Below, piece by piece: positions 31,107 through 41,250 of a stretch of 64,000 bases of DNA (within the stretch, counting starts at the first letter, position 1; every line of letters starts with the position of its first letter). Both the position numbers and the translations under genes were made by a program. The DNA is from an uncultured bacterium (GTDB lineage: Bacteria > Armatimonadota > Abditibacteriia > Abditibacteriales > Abditibacteriaceae): the NCBI GenBank assembly GCA_963843795.1, contig CAWJLW010000006.1, positions 372,001 to 436,000 of the forward strand, given 5' to 3'. Under the pieces are notes generated by a model, which was not told where the DNA came from, did not search any database, and saw nothing but the letters and a program-made list of their open reading frames with translations.

Positions 31107-34077
31107 ATGCCCCGTCTGGAGACCGATTCGTCCCGTTCCCCACGTTCGCGCGCCGCCGGGCGCGGTCGTGCGCCGCGCGCTCGCACCAACGCGCGCCAGG
31201 TCGATGCCACTTACCATACCGAGTTGGAATATGAAAACCAGATGCCAGATGATGCGCTAGATGAATTGGCACAGGTACCACCGTTCACGCCCGCCGTGCG
31301 TCACGCGGCACCCGCCCAACGGCGCGCGCCGCGCTCCCAAAAGCCCATCGAAAGCGCACCTCCCACCGCATTTTTTCCGTCCCCCGAAGAATTCGATGAC
31401 GCTTTTGCGCTGGAAGAAAGCTCGACGCCCCAAATAGCAGGACGTCAAGCGCCAACGCGTGTTGCCAAAAAGCCAGCACGCGCCAAAAGCGGAAATGCCG
31501 CCAAAGCCAAAGCCAGTCGTAAAGCGGGCCGCGCCACCAGCAGCGGTCGCACGCCGCCGCGCGGCTTATGGTACGAAATTGGTGGCGTCGGCTGTCTGGT
31601 GTTGGGTGCGGTTTTGGGTTATAACGCGCTGCGCACCGCGCCCGAAGGCTTTGTACCGACTGTCGCTATCGCCGGGTTGCGCTGGGCCTTTGGCATGGGC
31701 GCGCTGATTGTGCCCGTTTTACTCTTAATTCTCGGCGCCGTGCTTATTGTGCGTCGACACGAATCCAACCTCCGTGCCTTCTGGCGCGGCGCGGGAGTTT
31801 CACTGCTGGTTTTATTGACCGGCGTTCATCTCAGCGTGCCGCTGGGCGAAGAATTTTTCGGTTCGCGTTTATATTCTCATGGCGGCATCATTGGCGCGGG
31901 CATCGCTTGGCTGTTGCGCAAGGCAGTTGGCGAAACCGGCGCCGTCATCGCTTTGATTGGTTTGTCGATTGTGGCGTTGTTGTTTTTGACTGAAATTTCG
32001 CTCACCGAAATCGCCGGGCGCAGCGGCGGCTGGCTGAGCCAAAGCGCCGACAAATTGGGAGCTCGCTGGGAAGACACGCACGACAATCTGCGCGAACGTT
32101 TCGCGGGCGACAACGATCCGGAAGACGACAGCGGGGAATATGAAGACGAATATGACGAGGAAGATGAAAGTCTGCTGTCACCGCGTCGCCGTCCAGCGAT
32201 AGTGGCGTCGGTTGTCGCGCGTGCGCTGCCGGAAATTTCCGCGCAGGATTTGGCGCGCGCTCAACGCGCCGAAAGTCAACGCCAGTCACCGTTTTTGGCC
32301 GTTGATGAGCTGATTCATCCCGAAAATCATCAGGAAGACGCGGGGCAAGTACTTGCCCACGAGGGAACGCCCTTCGATTATCCGGAAAACGAGGCCGATG
32401 ATCCCAACCGTGTGCGCGTCGAAATCGACCAAACCGCACCGCCGGTTTCGGTCGTTGACGCCATTGAAAACGAGGGAGTCGAGCTCGTTGCTATGCCGGG
32501 CGAATCAATTTCGGAAAGCGAACCTAACGATGCGGAAAACGCGGAAATGACGCCCAATGAAGCCTTGGAAGCGCAAGCTCTGGCGACCTCGGGTCAGGGC
32601 GAAGTGCGCGCCAAACCGCGCCCACAGCGCATTCGTCGTCACTTTGGTGATGGACCGCTGATGCCGGAATATTTCGATGACGCAGTTCGCGCCTTGGACG
32701 CACCGGTTGTGCCCGACATCGAAGGCGTCGAAGAAGACATCGCGCAAGGCGTGCAATCGGTGCAAGAAACTTTGCAAGCCTTTAAAATTGATGCGCGCGT
32801 GACTGATGTGAAGCGCGGCCCGGTGATTACGCGCTACGAAGTGAAGCCCGCGCCCGGCGTGCGTGTGGCGGCGATTGCCAATCTCGACCGCGATATGGCG
32901 CGCAGCCTTTCGGCAATTGCCGTGCGCATCGAAGCGCCCGTTCCGGGTAAAAACGTCGTCGGCATCGAAGTGCCCAACAAGCGTGTGCATCTGGTGCGTT
33001 TGCGCGATGTGCTGGAATTGCCAGAATTTTTGTCGGCGCAGTCGAAACTTTCGTTCGTCTTGGGCAAAGATATCGCTGGCCAAGCCAAGTGGGCCGATTT
33101 AGCCAAAATGCCGCATATGTTGGTCGCGGGTGCGACCAACTCGGGTAAATCGGTGTGTTTGAACACGATTATTTCCAGCATCATCACGCGCGCTACGCCC
33201 GACGAAGTGAAGTTTTCGCTGATTGACCCCAAACGCGTCGAACTCACGCTTTACCGTGACATTCCGCATTTGTATCATCCGGTTGTCGTTGAACCCAAAG
33301 AAGCGGTTAAAGTGTTGCGCGGCATGATCGTCGAGATGGACAGGCGCTACAAAAAGTTCGCTGAGCGCGGCGTGCGCAACATCGTTTCGTTCAATGAAAA
33401 ATTGGAAGAAGGCGAAAAACCGCTGCCTTATATCGTCATCGTGATCGACGAATTGGCCGACTTGATGATGACCGCTGCGGCAGAATTTGAAAAATTGATT
33501 TGTCGCCTGGCCCAACTTGCGCGCGCGACCGGCATTCATTTAATTGTCGCCACGCAGCGACCGAGCGTAAACGTGATTACCGGCGTCATCAAAGCTAACA
33601 TTCCCGCGCGCGTGGCGTTTGCGGTCGCCAGCCAAGTCGATTCGCGCACCATTTTGGACGCGGTCGGCGCCGAGCGTTTAATCGGTTCGGGCGATATGCT
33701 GTTCGATGCGAACAACGGCGGCAAAGCGGTGCGCATTCAGGGCGCGTTTTTGAGCGAAGAAGAAGTCAATCGCATAGTGGAAACCGTGAAAAATCATTAC
33801 TGGGACGAGCCGCGCGAATACGGTTTGGATTTGTCCTTATTCGATGAAGACGACGAACCCAAGCGAACGCCCCGCGCGCAGTGATGATCGCAAAGACGAT
33901 TTGTATGAAGAAATCCGCGAATTCATCATCGGCCAAAACGAAATGAGCGCGAGCATGATTCAGCGCAAATTCGAAATCGGCTTCCCGCGCGCCGCCCGCA
34001 TCGTCGATCAATTCGAACGCGACGGCATTCTCGGCCCCGCCGACGGGCCAAAACCACGCAAAGTCATTGGTTCGTGA
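31107..34077 (+). CDS. ftsK: DNA translocase FtsK/SpoIIIE (gamma domain frameshifted at ~33875)
   Basis: 4TM region, PHMLVAGATNSGKS, IDPKRVEL, DELADLM, ATQRPS, GAERLIGSGDML; gamma domain SASMIQRKFEIGFPRAARIVD in 33844-34077. Confidence 0.95.
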
Positions 34078-34089
34078 ATTGGAAGGCGA

Positions 34090-34123
34090 AAAAGCGCCCT
34101 GCAAGTACTTGCAGGGCGCTTTT
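34090..34123 (+). terminator. 34-bp perfect palindrome centred on the core motif, after ftsK
   Basis: aaaagcgccct-gcaagtacttgc-agggcgctttt. Confidence 0.65.
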
Positions 34124-34131
34124 GGTTCATC

Positions 34132-34395
34132 ATGAAAATCAGCGGCGATATTCACAGCAAAAAGCTCATTGTCATCAAAGGATTTTTGTTCGCCTTGGTC
34201 GGTATTATCGGCGCGTTGGGAATTTGGCTGCAAATTCCCGACTGGCGCATGGCGTTATTGTTGGCGATTACGATTTGGGCGTGCTGTCGCTTTTATTATT
34301 TCGCGTTTTATGTGATCGAAAATTACGTTGATAGCGAGTTCAAATTTGCCGGTTTGTGGGCGATGGTGATTTGGCTGTGGCGACGCAAAAAATAG
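34132..34395 (+). CDS. Small hypothetical membrane protein
   Basis: 87 aa, hydrophobic, CRFYYFAFYVIENYVD..FKFAGL segment looks conserved. Confidence 0.65.
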   Translation: MKISGDIHSKKLIVIKGFLFALVGIIGALGIWLQIPDWRMALLLAITIWACCRFYYFAFYVIENYVDSEFKFAGLWAMVIWLWRRKK

Positions 34396-34430
34396 CGCTG
34401 CAAGTCCTTGCATAAAAATTTCAAAAGTAT

Positions 34431-34459
34431 TTGACAAATTCCAAGAAGTCATTTATGAT
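34431..34459 (+). promoter_or_regulatory. Sigma70-type promoter
   Basis: TTGACA-17 nt-TATGAT, about 65 nt upstream of GGAG-ATG at 34524. Confidence 0.6.
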
Positions 34460-34523
34460 GAATGCAACCACAAACCCAAGTGACTTGTTGCAGCGGTAAG
34501 TTGACATCAAACGGAGTTCGATT

Positions 34524-35146
34524 ATGATGAAAATGCCTTGCCTTGCCTTGCCTTGCCTTGCCTTGCCTTGCCGCTACAGTTTTGTCTGTAGCTTTCTCCC
34601 CTCCGGCTAAAGCCGGTTGGCACTGACCGTCGGGACTTTCCCGCAGTAAGCTGCCCAGCGGCTTATTCTGCGTCGCCTAACGGCCCCGGGGACGGTGATC
34701 ATAGTACTCCTCCAACAGTACCACACACGGTAGCCGAGTTTAAGTGGAGTGATGCCAACGGCGCGTTGCCACGCAACGCGAGATACAGTCACTCATACTA
34801 CCTTGATGGTAGTGTGGCAGATGTGTCTGCCAACAACGCGACAGCAGAAGCGCAACTCACTGTCTCTGCGCCCGGCGTATTTCGCGTCTACAAGAAGAAG
34901 TTGTCAAACAACGTGCCTGATGGGTTTCAAAATCCAGTTGAGAATTCGGTCACAGCGTATCCGACTGACTATCAGGTGATGGACTTCCATCCCTTCGACA
35001 ACTCTTACACGGCTAAAGTCGATTTCTCGTTTTACTTGCGAACCCAATCTAAAGCACAAATCCAAAACCGAGGCGGTTCAGCCAGCGCACGGGCTGTGGC
35101 GAACAGTATTCAAACGACCGGAGTTACGCTTTACGACGTTCCCTGA
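34524..35146 (+). CDS. Putative secreted protein, currently out of frame at a (CCTTG)7 tract, with further indels near 34620-34640
   Basis: RBS+ATG; signal-peptide-like AATVLSVAFSPPAKA|GW after the repeat; a long open frame 34592-35146. Confidence 0.5.
34536..34570. repeat. Pentanucleotide microsatellite (CCTTG)7
   Basis: Seen directly after ATGATGAAAATG. Confidence 0.95.
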
Positions 35147-35258
35147 CATTAGATTCGGTTCAGCAAATGATGACTGACGCTGAACTGTAATCAGTTGTGT
35201 TGCGATGAAAGTTGCAAGGGTTTGTGGCTTCACTTCGCGATAGTTGAAGGAGAAACTT

Positions 35259-36049
35259 GTGAGAAATGTAAATTGCCTTTCCGGACTGGGCGCGACCCTG
35301 TTTTGCGCAGGTCTGATGCAACCGGTGTGCGCCGATCCCGGTGACGTATGGCGAAAGCCGGTGACAATAGATGTGCGCGACCTGAACACTGATGATTACC
35401 TGATCGAACTGGGGCGCGCCGCAGATATTGACATTGTTGCCGATGTGACGCAGCCATTGGATGACGAGCCTTTGCTGAGTGTGCGGCAAAAAGGTGTGGT
35501 GGCCGGGATAGTCAATCAATTGGTCGGGACGCGCGAGATGATGACCAGTCCTTTTGATGAGCGTACTTTGTTGTGGTGGCCTACACCCGATCGTGCCGAA
35601 ATCGCGCGTCAGATTCGGGCGCAGCGAGGACACGCCACTTGGGGTCTTACCGCTCGCGCCCACAGAGGCTGCGCAACGATGGGAAGAGTATTTTCGGCAG
35701 ACGCACGAAGTGGGACGGCAACTGGCAAAATGTTGATATAAAAGTACCAGTAGACGAATTGCCCGCCGATTTGCGCTCACAAGTCCAGCAGGAAACGCGG
35801 CGGCGGTTGGCAGAAAACCGGCAGGATACGCTGATGCAGCATCGCCTGAGTGATGAGTTTTGGTCTAAAGGAAGTCTATATATTGCCTCGATAAGGCCGC
35901 CTTTCGTTACCTCAATTAGTCCCGCTACGAAAGTCGAACTGCAGCCTCATTTGATGGTGTGGGATTACACCACACCTTTCCCCCGCCAAAAAATTCAATG
36001 GGAATCAACATCGTACTGGGGCCGTTGCCTCAGTAGCTGTGCGACGTAA
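35259..36049 (+). CDS. Hypothetical exported protein with an STN/secretin-N-like domain (frameshifted ~35640)
   Basis: Signal-like N-terminus; KPVTIDVRDL...LIELGRAADIDIVAD; continues in ORF 35573-36049. Confidence 0.45.
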
Positions 36050-36074
36050 GTTCATTTCAAAGTGGGTGCAATTG

Positions 36075-36993
36075 ATGATTCGCAAAATAATTTTCGGGCT
36101 GATAGCTGTCGCTTCGGGCGGCTTTGGCCTTTCTGTTGTTCTGGCCCAACCGGCCAGACCACCGATACAATCGTTCATTCCGATGCCGTTCAATCCCGTG
36201 CCCGAACTGCAAGCTGTGGCGGCTCTGCAAGCCAAAGTTTCGCTCGAAGCCCGACAAATGCCGCTGAGCGAATTGTTGGTCGCCTTGCAACAGCAAAGCG
36301 GTATCGCTTTCGCTGTGGCCGATGAGTTTCCCTCCGCCCAAACCCTGCTCACGTTGCGCTTGAATCAAACGCCTTTGGCGTCGTTGATGGGTTCGCTAAG
36401 TCGCATTTACGGTGTGCACTGGGACGAAGAAAATGGTACTTGGATGTTGCGCGCCAGCGACCAAGGTAGTTTGCAAGTCGCTATCGCGCGTAGCGTCGGC
36501 GCCGATGGACACATGATGCCGCTAAAACAAGCGCGTCAGGCTCAGGAACAAGCCGACTTAGTGGCCGAAATTTACGACAGCGTTGATTCCGAACTGTGGA
36601 AAGCGCCTACAGGCGTGCCGCTCATTAGCTTACCCGCTCAATTGCAACAGCGTCTGCGTCAGAGCCGCGAAAACGAATACTCCCAAGTCGAAAAAACCAT
36701 CAACGCTTATTTAGAACGCAAGCAACTGGCCCAGCAAAAATTGGTGCTACGTTTGGGGCCGCATCACACTGGGTGCTCCGACGCTTTTTAGCCGTGAAGT
36801 GAGCCTGATTGCTTCGAACATAGGGCCGGTGATGGCTCGGGAACTCAAACCACCGCAACTGGCGGTTTACACCAGCGATGGCCGCTTTGTGACTAATATC
36901 TTTCCCTCTTTTCGGCCCGCATTAGAACCGATATTACCTCCGACCGCAGCGGTAAACCAAGTTACGACCAACAATGCCGAAAATGGACGGTGA
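36075..36993 (+). CDS. Hypothetical exported protein with STN-like domains (frameshifted ~36770)
   Basis: Signal peptide; LQAKVSLEARQMPLSELLVALQQQSGIAF; shares VP...LPA.L motif with the upstream gene. Confidence 0.5.
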
Positions 36994-37764
36994 ATGATGC
37001 TCTTGAAGTCACCTAAATTGCAGAATGGTAAGCATCGCGCCGACTCTGTTCGACGCGCGGTTTCACGCTCATCGAAATTTTGGTCGTGCTGGCAATTATC
37101 GGCATTTTAGCGGCGATCTTGATGCCGGTTATATCGGGTGCGCGCGAAGGCGCGCGCCGAAGCAGTTGCGCCAATAATCTACACCAAATCGGACAGGCCA
37201 TTGCGCTTTATGTGCAAGACAACAATCGAACTTATCCGGTGGTTCAATGGCTATGCGGCTGCTGAGCAAGATTATTGTTCGATGTGGGTGGAGCGTGTCT
37301 ATCCTTATGTGAAGTCAGCCGAAGTTTTCGAGTGTCCGAGTGCCGAAAATGGCGAGTATCGCCCCGGATGTCCACCCAACGAAGGTGATGTTGTTGATGG
37401 GAGCACTGAATTTGTGACGAGATGGGATGGCTCTTACGACTACAATCTTCCCCTTGAGAAAGCGAGTTTTGTGGTCAACGATGATGGTTCGGTGGCTGTT
37501 TACCACCCTGGTGGAACCACCATCAATGAAGTGCGCTACACGCGGCCTTCGACGACGATTTTGGTATTGGATGGCGATGGTTATTATGTCAATCCCGGTC
37601 TGCAACAGCCGCCATTTCAGGGCACTGAAGGTTTGCTGAAATACGGCGTCAATCCGCACCACAACAACGGCTGCAACGTGGTTTTCGTTGATGGACACGT
37701 CAAATGGTTGTCGCTCGAAGCGCTCACCAAACGCAGCCTGTGGACAATGAGCGGCCCGGCTTAA
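36994..37764 (+). CDS. DUF1559-like prepilin-type protein with H-X9-DG motif (frameshifts ~37055, ~37250)
   Basis: [69 protein letters not shown]. Confidence 0.82.
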
Positions 37765-37776
37765 CGCGATACAATG

Positions 37777-37814
37777 CAAAACGCGCCCTGCAAGTACTTG
37801 CAGGGCGCGTTTTG
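37777..37814. terminator. 38-bp perfect palindrome centred on the core motif, between convergent genes
   Basis: caaaacgcgccct-gcaagtacttgc-agggcgcgttttg. Confidence 0.65.
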
Positions 37815-37836
37815 GTGTTTGATTGGTTTGAGTCGA

Positions 37837-38031
37837 TTAACCCAAACGGCGTTGGGGTTGTTCTTTGGCGTTGCCAGCGGGTTCTTGTGCGGGCGGCGGC
37901 GTGTGATTGGTCACGTCGCGATTGCTTTGTTCCATCGCTTGCTGGCGATCCGCGACGTTGTCAGTCAAATTCTGCTCGCTGTCGGTGGGATTTTCCGGCG
38001 TTTCGGTGTTGATTTCTTCGGGCGTAGCCAT
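37837..38031 (-). CDS. Small acidic/hydrophilic hypothetical protein
   Basis: AAGGAG RBS before ATG; 64 aa filling the spacer. Confidence 0.55.
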   Translation of the reverse strand: MATPEEINTETPENPTDSEQNLTDNVADRQQAMEQSNRDVTNHTPPPAQEPAGNAKEQPQRRLG

Positions 38032-38070
38032 ATTTTCTCCTTGATTTTCAGGTGCAAGTACTTGCGGCGT

Positions 38071-39192
38071 TCAATAGCGCAAAATGGCGGCGATAGATTC
38101 CTGCTGCGGCAAGCGGTCGTTGTTCGATAACCGACCAGATTCAAAAAAGTTCACGTCGCCGCTGTTACTGAGCACGGTTTCGATAATTTCATCGACGGCA
38201 TCCATCGCGCCCTCGCTGCCTTCTTCGACCATTTTTAAGTGGCTCAAACCGTCTTCACCGGCTTCAGTTTTGTGAGCCGAGCAGTGGAAATTATCTTCGA
38301 CCAAAACCAAATCCACGCGACCGGTTTGCGCGGCGCTCCACACTTCGTCGATGCCAAATGCGGCGCGATTGGCGCCCACGGCATCTTCCAAACGTTGCAA
38401 TACTCGGTCGCGGTCTTGCCCCATCGCGGCTTCGACTAGGGGCCAGATTTTGGCTTCCAATTCGTGCTGCGGCACTTTTTCAAAATTGCCGTGCAAGCGC
38501 GCGACAATCGCGTCGCCGTGTTTAGTGACTTTCTCGAAATACGCCATCGTACGCTCGACGCCAGCGAGAGCCAGTGGCAGTGGATCGCTATCTTGCGCGA
38601 CGGACAAAGCGTGATCGACGCGGTGGAAAAATTCGCGTGCTTCGGCATCTTGTAAACGGCTTAGTTCGACGCCGAAGCTGTTGTCCAATTCGGTTTCGAC
38701 GCCTTCTTGCGTGCTGGCTTTGGGAAAATGGTCGTTGTGAACTTCGCTCAAACCTTCGCGCGTACCTTCATAAAGATGCACGCTTTTTTCTGTGACCGAT
38801 AAGACGCGATAACGTGGGCTGCGCTTGGACGCTAAAACCAGCTCCATCGTGGCGAACGAGGATTCCAAAATCACGCGCTCGGCGACTTCAAAAGGGAGAT
38901 AGCCGACGCGATGCATTTCCTCGTTAGCGAAAATGGCGATGCCGTTGGCGTGCATGGCGGCATCGACTTCGGCAATGGCCGCATTGAGATGCGTGGTGAT
39001 GGATTGACGTTTGGCGTCGTTCAAATCGGCGTGCGCTTTGAGACACTCCTGAGCGCGATTGAAGAGATTTTTCAAGCGAATCGGCGTTTGCTGTTGATCG
39101 TCGGGCGAATTGTTGTAGAGCGGCAGCAAAACGGTGAGGCAAGCGCCATCGCGCACTTTTTGCAATTCGGCGATTTCTTGGGCAGTCATCAT
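38071..39192 (-). CDS. Bacterial archaeo-eukaryotic release factor-like protein (baeRF3-like)
   Basis: CLTVLLP, PIRLKNL, GIAIFA, FFHRVD, PLALAG, GRVDLVLVED, C-terminal IAAILRY. Confidence 0.78.
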   Translation of the reverse strand: MMTAQEIAELQKVRDGACLTVLLPLYNNSPDDQQQTPIRLKNLFNRAQECLKAHADLNDAKRQSITTHLNAAIAEVDAAMHANGIAIFANEEMHRVGYLPFEVAERVILESSFATMELVLASKRSPRYRVLSVTEKSVHLYEGTREGLSEVHNDHFPKASTQEGVETELDNSFGVELSRLQDAEAREFFHRVDHALSVAQDSDPLPLALAGVERTMAYFEKVTKHGDAIVARLHGNFEKVPQHELEAKIWPLVEAAMGQDRDRVLQRLEDAVGANRAAFGIDEVWSAAQTGRVDLVLVEDNFHCSAHKTEAGEDGLSHLKMVEEGSEGAMDAVDEIIETVLSNSGDVNFFESGRLSNNDRLPQQESIAAILRY

Positions 39193-39377
39193 AGAGAGAT
39201 TCCTTTGAAAAATATATTTGAGGAATTGCTTTGTGGGGCAAAACTCGTTCCGTTTAGGTTTTTCAGTTCGCACACGAAGGCAAAGCGGTCGTAGAAGTCG
39301 CAAAGGCTGGTGCGCGAAATTGAATTGACGCATCAGGTGGAATTTTCGTATCCTTATAGCTCGACAAATCGAAAAAG

Positions 39378-39691
39378 GCAGCGACGAGGAGTAGTAAGCC
39401 AACGAGCGTTCGAGAGAATCCATTGATGTGCTGTGAAATGGATAACGCCACGAGCCGAACTCGCCTCCGAGCCGCACAAGTGAAAATCGCCTCGTTTTTG
39501 ACAATGGCGATTGTAGTTTGAGCCGGGAGCGCCCGTCATAGCGTGGTCGCGCGAAAGCGCACAAGAGAGTTTCGCTTTACGGAGCGAAAAACGTGGGTGG
39601 TACCGCGAGAGCTCAAGCTGAAAATTGCTCCCGTCCCGCGACATCGCAAGTACTTGCACCGTACTTTTCGATGCGCGAGGCGGGTTTTTTT
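39378..39691 (+). ncRNA. T-box riboswitch leader, predicted Leu (CUC) specifier
   Basis: Stem I motifs GAGGAGTAGT, AGAGA, GCTG, GAA-CTC (39460-62); T-box GGGTGGTACCGCG (39595-39607) pairing with CGTCCC (39632-37); terminator hairpin plus T7; lies upstream of ilvC-leuA. Confidence 0.88.
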
Positions 39692-39719
39692 GTGTTTGGA
39701 TTTGTGTTGAAAACATCTG

Positions 39720-40028
39720 ATGCGTGAACTGATTTCGCCTGCACAATCAGAACTCGTCGTCTTGATGCTCGCGCTTGGCCTGGCGATTATCGGCGGCGCG
39801 CTGTCGTGGCGTTTGCACAACGTGCGCGCGGGCATTTTAGTCGTCGCGTGCGGCGCGCTAATGTTTGTGTCATGGCAAATGCACAAATGGCTGACGCGTT
39901 TCGACCCGCAAAGCGGATATTTCGGTTTGCAAAGCGTGCAAGTACTTGTGCTGGAAGCGTTCGCGTTTTTGATGTTTGGTGCAGTTGCCGGTTGGTTGTG
40001 GAGCAGAATGACGGCGAAGGACGAGTAG
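39720..40028 (+). CDS. Small hypothetical membrane protein (3 TM)
   Basis: 102-aa hydrophobic ORF between the T-box and ilvC. Confidence 0.6.
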   Translation: MRELISPAQSELVVLMLALGLAIIGGALSWRLHNVRAGILVVACGALMFVSWQMHKWLTRFDPQSGYFGLQSVQVLVLEAFAFLMFGAVAGWLWSRMTAKDE

Positions 40029-40095
40029 GAAATCAGTAAAACCTGCTGCAAGTACTTGCAGGACAAATTTTTAACAGTCAGGGAGAACGAAAATT

Positions 40096-41157
40096 ATGCC
40101 AGAAATTTATTACGATGCAGACGCCAATTTGGGCGATTTGGACGGCAAAACCATCGCCGTTATCGGTTACGGTTCGCAGGGTCGCGGACAATCGTTGTGC
40201 TTGAAAGATTCCGGTTTGAACGTCGTCATCGGCGCGCGTCCGGGCAAGTCGCAAGAAATGGCCAAAGCCGACGGCCATCAAGTCATGGACGTGGAAGAAG
40301 CCGCCAAAGCCGGCGACGTGATCATGTTGCTGATTCCCGATCATCTGCAAAAAGAAGTGTACGAACAGAACATCAAGCAGCATTTGACTGCGGGCAAAGC
40401 GTTGATGTTTTCGCATGGTTTCAACATTCATTACGGCCTCATCACGCCGCCCGAAGATGTCGATGTGTTTTTGGTGGCGCCCAAAGGCCCCGGCCCGTTC
40501 GTGCGCCGGCAATATGAAGAAGGCAAAGGCGTTCCGGCTTTGATCGCGATTCATCAGGACGCGACCGGCAACGCGCGCAAAATCGGTTTGGCGTACGCCA
40601 AAGGTTTGGGCGCAACGCGCGCAGCGGTTTACGAAACCAGCTTCCGCGAAGAAACCGAAACCGATTTGTTCGGCGAACAGGCCGTTTTGTGCGGCGGCGC
40701 GAGCGAACTCGTGCGCGCCGGTTTTGAAACCTTGACCGAAGCCGGTTACGCGCCGGAAATGGCGTATTTCGAGTGCTTGCACGAATTGAAATTGATCGTC
40801 GATTTGATGTACGAAAAAGGCATCACCGGTATGCGCGCCGCGATTTCCGACACCGCCAAATGGGGCGACGTGACGCGTGGCAAGCGCGTGATTACCGACG
40901 AAACGCGCGAAGAAATGAAGCGCATTCTGGGCGAAATTCAAAGCGGCGAATTCGCGCGCGAATGGATGGCCGAAAACGAAGGCGGTCGCCCGCGCTACAA
41001 CCAGATGCTGGAAGAAGAAGCCAACTCGCCGATTGAAAATGTCGGCCAGAAGCTGCGCGGCAACATGAGCTGGATCAAGCACAATCAGGGCGAACGCACC
41101 GCACCGGAAATGGAAACCAAAGCGGCGACCAAAGAAGCCCAAACCCAAACGGCGTAA
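40096..41157 (+). CDS. ilvC: Ketol-acid reductoisomerase
   Basis: [49 protein letters not shown]. Confidence 0.97.
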   Translation: MPEIYYDADANLGDLDGKTIAVIGYGSQGRGQSLCLKDSGLNVVIGARPGKSQEMAKADGHQVMDVEEAAKAGDVIMLLIPDHLQKEVYEQNIKQHLTAGKALMFSHGFNIHYGLITPPEDVDVFLVAPKGPGPFVRRQYEEGKGVPALIAIHQDATGNARKIGLAYAKGLGATRAAVYETSFREETETDLFGEQAVLCGGASELVRAGFETLTEAGYAPEMAYFECLHELKLIVDLMYEKGITGMRAAISDTAKWGDVTRGKRVITDETREEMKRILGEIQSGEFAREWMAENEGGRPRYNQMLEEEANSPIENVGQKLRGNMSWIKHNQGERTAPEMETKAATKEAQTQTA

Positions 41158-41163
41158 AACCAA

Positions 41164-41201
41164 TCCGCAAGTACTTGCAGCGCGCTGCAAGTACTTGCGG
41201 A
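41164..41201. repeat. 38-bp perfect palindrome with two cores, between ilvC and leuA
   Basis: tcc-gcaagtacttgc-agcgcgct-gcaagtacttgc-gga. Confidence 0.9.
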
Positions 41202-41250
41202 GCAGTGCAGCAAAATTTATTTGTCGGATCAAATTCTCAAGGAGGTAGCG

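Noticed and set aside
31107..34077. Palindrome as an FtsK-orienting (KOPS-like) signal
   Set aside because: KOPS must be asymmetric to give direction and a perfect palindrome cannot; proximity to ftsK is not special
39193..39564. N-terminal extension of the 497-aa ORF, and similar long 5' extensions (6127, 12798, 30933, 43932, 47334, 59438)
   Set aside because: They overlap the T-box or intergenic palindromes; family homology and RBSs support the downstream starts
40078..41232. Long antisense ORFs (e.g. 40078-41232, 53408-54277, 57622-58440, 61135-62001)
   Set aside because: Shadow frames of well-supported genes on the opposite strand
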